Positions 11,051 to 18,647 of a stretch of DNA of 46,044 nucleotides are shown in pieces (the first letter of the stretch is position 1; every line of letters begins with the position of its first letter). Both the position numbers and the translations under genes were made by a program. The stretch lies in the NCBI GenBank assembly GCA_027485375.1, contig JAIXRE010000097.1:1-46044 (forward strand). Direction: 5' to 3'. The stretch comes from Rickettsiaceae bacterium (GTDB lineage: Bacteria > Pseudomonadota > Alphaproteobacteria > Rickettsiales > Rickettsiaceae). The notes beneath the pieces were generated by a model. The model searched no databases, was not told the DNA's origin, and saw only the letters and a program-made list of their open reading frames with translations.

Positions 11051-13852
11051 TTAGGATACAGCTTGAGGCAAAGTAAAAACAAATTTTGCTCCCTTTACTC
11101 CATCACTTTCTGCCTCAATTTCTCCACCATGCATTTCAATAGCTTTCTTGCATAAAGCAAGCCCCACGCCGCGACCGCCAGCTGGAGTTTTAGTTTTAGA
11201 GCTAACCGCAAAACTACGGAAAATATCGTACAATTCTGTTTTTGGAATCCCAACACCCTCATCTTTAACGCTAAACTCCACTAGGCTCTCTAAATTATGC
11301 AATTCCAAAGTAATAGTACCCTTTTTACTATATTGAATAGCATTAACTATTAAATTATCTAATGTAGATTGAATGTAATGCCTATCGCATAGAACAACTA
11401 CACCATCCTCTACATTTGTTATAAATTCTAAAAATTTGCCATTTAAATATAACTTTTTGCAATAATCTAACCTTTCATAAACCAACTCACTCAAATTGAC
11501 AGGCTGCTTATTCAAAGGACTATTTGTATTATTAAGCTTAGAGAGACCAATCATATTATTAACTAAGCTACTTAGTCGCTCTGAGCTTTTTGCAATCTCG
11601 CCTAGACCTTGATATATCTGGTCCTTAGAGAGTTTGTCATAATTTTCATAAAGAACTTGCCCCATACTTGTAATACCCGTAATAGGCGTATGAGCCTCAT
11701 GCTCTAAATTACGAATAAACTCGTTTTTTATCTGCAACGACCTCTCCATTTCTTCGTCTTTATCTTCTATCATCTCCCCTAAATGTTCAGCTTTTTGTTC
11801 AGTTAATTCTTGATATTCTTGCTTTGGTTTGATGAAAGCTATTAAGACGCTACTAACTAAGAGCAAAGAATACATTATTTTAAACTGCAAATTTCCTATC
11901 TCTGCTAAGTTATCAATTCCAGCATACCATTTGAAAAAATGAACACTTGCCAGCGCGCCGGTAATAATAATAAACAAGGCAGCTTGCCATCTTAGCAACA
12001 TTGCTATTACTACTAAATTTAGGATAAAAATCATCAATTGGAATTGAGCAAAATTGCTTACCGCAACTAAAAGCCCAGCTACAAATACTAAAATAGAGAA
12101 AATGCCTAAAGTCCAAATTACAGCGATAAACTTTTCACTCCTGAATGTTGGTGGCCAAGCTGGATAAGTCAAAAATATTGTCGAGGAAATTAATACAAAA
12201 TGGTATATGTATTCCAGTAGCACCTCATAATGTTCCCTGATCTCCACGGGCAGTGAATACATAGTAGAGAAAATAGAAACAATACAGAATACGCCAAAGA
12301 AAGAATATGTCGCCTCTTGCCGCGGAATATTACGTTGGCAAAATGCGATAAAACTAAAATCTTTTATCGCTTTTACAAAATTATTAATAGCCCTTTTGCG
12401 ATTCCTTCTAACCTCCTCTAGCGGTTTTTTGTCCTTGATACCAACCCAGCCCCCTGGTTGACGCAGGATATAATGACTACCAAAGAAGAAAATCATATTA
12501 CCAAGGATACCTGGTATCACACTCTCTATATCAGTAATATCCTCAAAATAAGTCTGCCATACTAAAACCGTAACAAAACCACCTATCATGCCTATTAAAA
12601 CTGATTTAACACTGGTACGAAAGCCAAATATAGCAAAAAGCAACGGGACACTCACTATAGGTTCATAAAAGCTAGCAACTATGAATAATAAATCTAATAG
12701 ATTTTTCGTATGAAAAGCCAAAGCAAAAGCTAGAAGACCTATAATAAGGGAGCATATGTACGAAAATGGTAAATCGTATCTTGCATGCCATTTTATACCC
12801 AAAGATTGACGTAAATCGTATGAAAAGTTTATGCTAGCAGCGTTAATATGAGAATCTGCCGTTGACATTACCATAGTCATTATTCCTATAGCAATTAGCC
12901 CCTTAAATCCTACATAAGTATAATTATTAATCATATATGCGAATAAGTTACCCGGCTCAACATTAGGATTGTTAGAAAGCAATAAGATACCTATCCAAGC
13001 AAACATAATGCATATAGATAAGTACACTAAGGTAGCTATAAGGTATGAATTAGATACTTGTGTAGTATCTTTAGCCATAGATATTCTTTGAAATATTGCT
13101 GGACCTATTGAAGGAAATAAAAAATAAAGACATATACTAAACCCTCCCCAAAATTTAGGATGGTCAATGTTAAATAATTGCTGGTAATCAAATATGTTAT
13201 TATTAGATATCGTATTAAATACAATATGAGGGTCGCTAAAAGTACCCCAAATTATTAGAGTAATTATTGGAATTATAGTACCAAAGGTAAAAAACTGAAT
13301 CACATCAGTAAAAGTTACCGCCCTGATGCCGCCAAAAGTCGAGTAAAGTATAACCACTACGGCACTTGCTAGAGTAGCATAAAAGCTCGAAACCCCAAAA
13401 AATATTGATAATATAGTAGCAGAGACTTTAAACTGCGCTGCTACCCTGCCTATAGAATAAATGGTGCTAGATAAAGACGTTATAAATCTTGCTTTTTGAC
13501 CATATAAACTACCCATAGCATCAGCTACAGATAGCATACCTAAAAACTCTCCCATTCTTGGAGAAATAAAATAGCAAATTAGCAGTCCTTCGATCACTCC
13601 GCCCAGCATAACTGGTATTATATAAAACAAGCCATTAGAGTAGACCTGTGATATATCGCTAAAAAACATGCTACCGCTTATCCAAGTAGCAACTAGAGTA
13701 GCGACAATGGTACCAGTAGAGAAATCTCTATTACCTATTGCATATTCACGAATGTTTTTTATACCGCGGCTATAAAATAAACCAATAGCAAGGTTTACTG
13801 CAAGAAATCCAACGAAAATGGACATGTCTATGTTCAAGTTAAAAGGCATCAT
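11051..13852 (-). CDS. Sodium:solute symporter (SSS/SLC5)-like domain fused to extra TM helices and a HisKA/HATPase histidine kinase
   Basis: The N-terminal ~470 aa is polytopic and PutP/SSS-like. About 6 further hydrophobic helices span aa ~515-680. These are followed by a coiled coil, an H-box FIRNLEHEAHTPITGI, an N-box DNLIVNAIQYS, G1 VKDEGVGIP and G2 GGRGVGLALCK. There is no receiver domain. A GGAGGA sequence abuts the start. Confidence 0.8.
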   Translation of the reverse strand: MMPFNLNIDMSIFVGFLAVNLAIGLFYSRGIKNIREYAIGNRDFSTGTIVATLVATWISGSMFFSDISQVYSNGLFYIIPVMLGGVIEGLLICYFISPRMGEFLGMLSVADAMGSLYGQKARFITSLSSTIYSIGRVAAQFKVSATILSIFFGVSSFYATLASAVVVILYSTFGGIRAVTFTDVIQFFTFGTIIPIITLIIWGTFSDPHIVFNTISNNNIFDYQQLFNIDHPKFWGGFSICLYFLFPSIGPAIFQRISMAKDTTQVSNSYLIATLVYLSICIMFAWIGILLLSNNPNVEPGNLFAYMINNYTYVGFKGLIAIGIMTMVMSTADSHINAASINFSYDLRQSLGIKWHARYDLPFSYICSLIIGLLAFALAFHTKNLLDLLFIVASFYEPIVSVPLLFAIFGFRTSVKSVLIGMIGGFVTVLVWQTYFEDITDIESVIPGILGNMIFFFGSHYILRQPGGWVGIKDKKPLEEVRRNRKRAINNFVKAIKDFSFIAFCQRNIPRQEATYSFFGVFCIVSIFSTMYSLPVEIREHYEVLLEYIYHFVLISSTIFLTYPAWPPTFRSEKFIAVIWTLGIFSILVFVAGLLVAVSNFAQFQLMIFILNLVVIAMLLRWQAALFIIITGALASVHFFKWYAGIDNLAEIGNLQFKIMYSLLLVSSVLIAFIKPKQEYQELTEQKAEHLGEMIEDKDEEMERSLQIKNEFIRNLEHEAHTPITGITSMGQVLYENYDKLSKDQIYQGLGEIAKSSERLSSLVNNMIGLSKLNNTNSPLNKQPVNLSELVYERLDYCKKLYLNGKFLEFITNVEDGVVVLCDRHYIQSTLDNLIVNAIQYSKKGTITLELHNLESLVEFSVKDEGVGIPKTELYDIFRSFAVSSKTKTPAGGRGVGLALCKKAIEMHGGEIEAESDGVKGAKFVFTLPQAVS

Positions 13853-14109
13853 TCCTCCGGGTTTTTTAGCTTACATTAACTTATGGTTTAGTATAATAAG
13901 CCTAATATTATGGTAAGATTTTAGAAAAAGCTACAATAAATTTTATGCCTTTGAAGAATAACCTTATCCCTTGGTTATTCTAAACCCCCTAAAATAATGC
14001 AAAAATATTTATATTTCTTCATAAAATTAGTTTTTTATGCTATAAGATAGAGTGAACCTTGAGAAATGCTCGTAATTAAAATTATAGAAAACAAAATAAA
14101 GAACTTGAT

Positions 14110-15096
14110 ATGATTATCAAATTGCTAAAAATCAAATATACCTTTTTAATTATACTTAGTGTTTTAACTATAAGCGCAATAAACATTTGCGGCTTGTATC
14201 TTGTGATGACTGGAAACCTAGAAAGCTCCACTAATGTTTTGATTGAGCAAAGACTCCCTTTGAAAAATATAGCGGATAAACTTGAGCAAAATGATGTTAT
14301 CAAACATCCTAAATTATTTTGGTTTTTAGCTAAATTATACTCATTCAAATACCCACTCAAAAGCGGCGAGTACTTATTTACTGCCAAAATATCCCCCCTG
14401 CAGGTGTTAAATATTTTAGCTACAGGAAAATCAGTAGTGCATAAATTAGTCATCCCTGAAGGCAGCACGGTAAACGAAATTATAAATAAAATTAATGACC
14501 AGCAGCTCTTGCTAGGCGAAATCAAAGGAACAATTCCTGAAGGATTCCTGATGCCTTCAACCTATTTCTTTTCATACGGTGACCAAAGAGAGCAAATTAT
14601 CGACCAAATGCGTAAAAATATGTCTTTAGCGCTAGATGAGATAATGCTCAAACTACCGGCAAATTCTCCTTTAAAAACAAGGCTAGAAGTCCTAACGTTA
14701 GCCTCAATTATTGAAAAAGAAGCTGCTTGCGATGCAGAGCGCCCTATAGTTGCCGCTGTTTTTCTAAACCGCCTTAAAAAAAATATGAAGTTGCAAGCAG
14801 ATCCTACCACAATTTACGCCCTCACTAATGGCAAATTTAAATTAAATCGTCCTTTAACTAAAAAAGATTTAGCCCTAGAGTCGCCTTACAATACTTACTT
14901 TGCCCCTGCCCTGCCTCCAGCGCCAATAGCATGCCCCGGTCTTAAGTCCTTAGAGTCTGTGGCGTCACCAGCGAAAAGTAATGCCTTATATTTTGTCGTT
15001 AATGGTCAAGGTGGACATCACTTTTCCTCAAGCCTAAGTGAACATAATAATCACGTTAAGGCGTATAGAGCGCAGGTCAAAGGTCATGTAGATTAG
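14110..15096 (+). CDS. mltG: Endolytic murein transglycosylase MltG (YceG family)
   Basis: Has an N-terminal TM anchor, then LASIIEKEA, RPIVAAVFLNRLKKNMKLQADPT, SPYNTY and LPPAPIACPG, which are typical YceG motifs. Confidence 0.88.
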   Translation: MIIKLLKIKYTFLIILSVLTISAINICGLYLVMTGNLESSTNVLIEQRLPLKNIADKLEQNDVIKHPKLFWFLAKLYSFKYPLKSGEYLFTAKISPLQVLNILATGKSVVHKLVIPEGSTVNEIINKINDQQLLLGEIKGTIPEGFLMPSTYFFSYGDQREQIIDQMRKNMSLALDEIMLKLPANSPLKTRLEVLTLASIIEKEAACDAERPIVAAVFLNRLKKNMKLQADPTTIYALTNGKFKLNRPLTKKDLALESPYNTYFAPALPPAPIACPGLKSLESVASPAKSNALYFVVNGQGGHHFSSSLSEHNNHVKAYRAQVKGHVD

Positions 15097-15097
15097 C

Positions 15098-18000
15098 CTA
15101 CTTAAGAGTATAATCTATCTGATAAGCGATTCCTCCATATTGAACATTTGCATAATATATTACAAGGGTATTAGTGCCCTGTACTAAATATGGTAAGATA
15201 TTTATGTCAGAAAAACTAAGGATGCCAGGTACAACAGGAAAAGTAGGCACAGTAGATAAACTATTAAAGTTATATGGACCGCTCATTATTTTACGAGAAT
15301 TTAATGTAATGAGCATAAAATCTTTGTACAATAACTGAGAGATTTTAAAAGAAGATAAAGCAGCTATACTTGGAATAGTTATATTGATAATTGCATTATT
15401 TGTACCGTTATATTGTATTTCGCTTAGCCAATATGAATTATTCATATTAAATGATATTCCTCCATTTTTACCATTAATATAGGTGGCTGGAGGAGTTGTT
15501 GGCGTATAGGTATTCGTTACAGAAAATGTTATTGCGCTATAAACACACTGCAACGCTGGATCTAGCGCTTCAAAAGAGGCGTTTCTAGCCTCTGCATTTA
15601 CCAAACAGTAACGTTGTAATGGGCTGTTAGTAGTTAAACTATATCCTGCAGGACAAGTGCCAGTAGCAAGCTCTCCTGCTATAGTTTCTGGCCACAAAGC
15701 ATTACCATTAGCTGTTGCAATAGTAGTGATAGCACTACATACTAGCTGCGGCACGCTAGCACATAGGTTAAGCTCTATAGAAGTTTTGTCTCTAACGCCA
15801 GATGCATATATATCATAACCACCAATCATTGAATAATGTTTATCGTCTGGAATAACATTCCCAAAGCTAGCAGAAGGGTCAAGACGATTATTTGGATCAA
15901 GCTGCATATCACAAACTGCTGCATTTGAACTACTACCATAACAATAATTATGTGGACACCTATAAATATTGATGCCGCCACTACCATTAATACCAGCTAT
16001 GCTGTCAACTTGGTTGCAATCAGCAACACTCGCAGGACAAAGGCTTAAATTTGGATATAGTTGTTGCTTACTCTTAAATAACGAGCAATCAACAATATTG
16101 GCATTTGCCAATCTACTAAGCACACAATTTTCTTTGTTATACCTGCTACAATGAGCCAAATTAGGAAAATTCAAACAAGCATACGTTCCCCCTTTAACAT
16201 ATTTATTATCCTTATACTCTAAACCATATAGGTATACAGCATTAGTGGGTGAGCCTGAACTATTTATTGGCGCAGCATTATTTTTATATACGCCGTACGT
16301 AGTTAGCGGGTTTGTAGAATAGGCTCCAGAAAATGGTGACGTAATAAAAGTATCATCTGTAACAAAAGAGGTAAAATCATAACCAGCTAGGTTGACTAAA
16401 GCGTTATTTGTATTTAGATTGCTTACTGATAAGGCTTCAATTAAGGCACTAGTAGAATGGTTTCTAACAGACATAGAGGCAATAAACCGTGGCGTGAAAT
16501 AATTGTTAGTACATGTTATACCAACTACAGGGCTATTTGGATCGCACTCAAGAATCATTGGTTTAGGCACAGCTTGCCTCGCCTGGCAGCCTACAAGCCT
16601 CGCTCCTTCATAAACGCAAATTTTAGATTGATCTTGGTCTGTGGTAGGTGTGCGAACGATACTTGCTGTAAATGAACGCTGCGTTCCTACCACATCTTTC
16701 ACAGTAACCTGCTGCGTGAGGTCAGCAATATCTGTTGGTTGCTGTATTGATGGAAATTCAATAAATGTATCAACAAAATTACCAGCGTTAATACCCCAAA
16801 TTTTTTGGCAGTTATTATTTACAGCACTAGCGGTGCAATCTGGTACTTTGCAACTATCTGGCACTTGCACTATACATTCTCCGCTAGAATTTGGTACGCA
16901 AGGAGCTATGACCTCGTTGCATGGAGTTTTCATATCGACAAAATAACCTTTTGGTACACTAGTGCTACCAGTATTTGAGGAATATACAACCCTAAAGCCA
17001 TTAATACAACCATCTGGAGGATTCTCTCTGCTACAAAGCATCGTATTATTAACGCAAGGTCCAGTTCCAGTAGATCTTGAACATAGAGGTATAATATCTT
17101 GTCTATTAGTCAATGCATGGAGGTTACGGGCTGAGTTAAAGAGATCAAAATTTGATAAGGTAATGCAAGTATCAGTTTGCGCTGGATTTTCTCCATGCAT
17201 GCAGATAGGAATAAAATTATCAAAAGTTATCCTTATGCTATTATGGATAAAATTATTCACAGTTGTAGAAGAAACTACGCAGTTATTTGTTGATGTAGAA
17301 AGTGCGTAGTCATTACTAGCCTCTTGCTGGCATATTAACTGAGTTGTAGGAGGTGGAGAGAAAGGTCTAATAGTCGGACAAAATTGCGGCGGGTAAGGAC
17401 CAACTGGTATCTCGACACAACCTAAATGATACTTATCGCTTGTTGGGTCAAGTACTACCCTATTAAACTGTCCAAATTCCTCTAAAATCATAACAAACGC
17501 TTCACCAACATACTCAAAAGCATCGCTAATAGTATCGAATATACCCTTAGTAATATCTTGATTTGCGTCAGGAATAGCAGATATTATTGATCCTATCGCA
17601 TCTGATATTGAACCAGCGCCACCAGCCAGCGATTTTATAACGCTTATTAGCAACTTGGCTATTGGATGTATTCCACCTGTATTATGTATAGGTTGCTTGT
17701 CTGGATTGTAATCCATTAGATCGATTACAAATTGATTGCTATCAGAAGCTGCTGACATAGCTGCTGTAACAATAAGATTTATAGGGTTTATTAGAGCAAT
17801 AGTATCCATCAAAGAAGGATCCATATAGGCGCATAATTTTGGTCGATCTAAATAAACTGGTTGTCCGTCTGTGCCCATAAAAGGTTCATCGTCTACCTCT
17901 GCTCCTTCTCTTGTCAAATGTTTACGAAAAGTATAACCAGGATCAGCTGGTATGTCTTGTTCTGCATCTCCTGGCACTGCTAATCTAGCACATACCCTAT

Positions 18001-18640
18001 TAAGTGGTATACCCCAAGGTGACGCCCAATTAATGCACTCACCCTCCCACCCAAGGGTTTCTGAACTAGACCAACAACCAAAAACATTGCAAGTTTGGTT
18101 ACGAACGCGAATTTTTGGTAACGAATAACTAGTTTCAGCAGTGCTTTCAGCACAAGTATGAACCATATCTATACCTATATTAGGATAATTGAATCTATCC
18201 TTAACAAGGCACGTGTAGTTATGTCTTCCATCTGACTTATCCCATGGCGGGCAATATTTATTTTCTAGTCCCCTATTAATAGGAGGCTCACCTTCTCGCC
18301 AATACTCTAGCCTATCTGTAGCGTCTGTTGGATTGCAAAAGCTGCGGATAAAATCAGTAGGAGGAATTTGAGGTTGATATGTATTACCAACTCGACTAGA
18401 CTCAACCCTTGACGAAGCCTCACAGCATAATGGAAGAATTAGCGCAAAACTTATGCTTAATAGACTTCCTGCGAAACTCGCTAAAGAGAAGGAATTTGCA
18501 GGAGGTGCGGAGCGCAAAACCGCAGCGTACTTAAATGTACGTGAGGATTTGAGCACTGGATCGACGCACAAATTACTCTCTATAGTAGAGTTTCGCATGA
18601 GGTCTAATATACAAACTACAAAAGAGCATAGAAACTTCAC
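15098..18640 (-). CDS. Large cysteine-rich secreted protein of unknown family (hypothetical; start codon uncertain)
   Basis: Uninterrupted 1180-codon ORF. It has a signal-like hydrophobic segment ...SLLSISFALILPLCCEASS and about 43 Cys after it by my count. GTG 18640 lies 7 nt after the virB4 stop; ATG 18598 is an alternative start. I recognise no family. Confidence 0.7.
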   Translation of the reverse strand: MKFLCSFVVCILDLMRNSTIESNLCVDPVLKSSRTFKYAAVLRSAPPANSFSLASFAGSLLSISFALILPLCCEASSRVESSRVGNTYQPQIPPTDFIRSFCNPTDATDRLEYWREGEPPINRGLENKYCPPWDKSDGRHNYTCLVKDRFNYPNIGIDMVHTCAESTAETSYSLPKIRVRNQTCNVFGCWSSSETLGWEGECINWASPWGIPLNRVCARLAVPGDAEQDIPADPGYTFRKHLTREGAEVDDEPFMGTDGQPVYLDRPKLCAYMDPSLMDTIALINPINLIVTAAMSAASDSNQFVIDLMDYNPDKQPIHNTGGIHPIAKLLISVIKSLAGGAGSISDAIGSIISAIPDANQDITKGIFDTISDAFEYVGEAFVMILEEFGQFNRVVLDPTSDKYHLGCVEIPVGPYPPQFCPTIRPFSPPPTTQLICQQEASNDYALSTSTNNCVVSSTTVNNFIHNSIRITFDNFIPICMHGENPAQTDTCITLSNFDLFNSARNLHALTNRQDIIPLCSRSTGTGPCVNNTMLCSRENPPDGCINGFRVVYSSNTGSTSVPKGYFVDMKTPCNEVIAPCVPNSSGECIVQVPDSCKVPDCTASAVNNNCQKIWGINAGNFVDTFIEFPSIQQPTDIADLTQQVTVKDVVGTQRSFTASIVRTPTTDQDQSKICVYEGARLVGCQARQAVPKPMILECDPNSPVVGITCTNNYFTPRFIASMSVRNHSTSALIEALSVSNLNTNNALVNLAGYDFTSFVTDDTFITSPFSGAYSTNPLTTYGVYKNNAAPINSSGSPTNAVYLYGLEYKDNKYVKGGTYACLNFPNLAHCSRYNKENCVLSRLANANIVDCSLFKSKQQLYPNLSLCPASVADCNQVDSIAGINGSGGINIYRCPHNYCYGSSSNAAVCDMQLDPNNRLDPSASFGNVIPDDKHYSMIGGYDIYASGVRDKTSIELNLCASVPQLVCSAITTIATANGNALWPETIAGELATGTCPAGYSLTTNSPLQRYCLVNAEARNASFEALDPALQCVYSAITFSVTNTYTPTTPPATYINGKNGGISFNMNNSYWLSEIQYNGTNNAIINITIPSIAALSSFKISQLLYKDFMLITLNSRKIMSGPYNFNSLSTVPTFPVVPGILSFSDINILPYLVQGTNTLVIYYANVQYGGIAYQIDYTLK

Positions 18641-18647
18641 TGTTGAC

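Noticed and set aside
13956-13980. Small inverted repeat gaataacc/ggttattc in the kinase-mltG divergent region. Its core aaccttatccc resembles the terminus of the 137-nt palindromic element.
   Set aside because: Only about 10 nt of similarity and an 8-bp stem, which is too short to separate from chance in AT-rich DNA.
14082-14525. 147-aa minus-strand ORF overlapping the 5' part of mltG.
   Set aside because: It is entirely antisense to a well-supported MltG/YceG gene. The sequence is hydrophobic and low-complexity and has no independent support.
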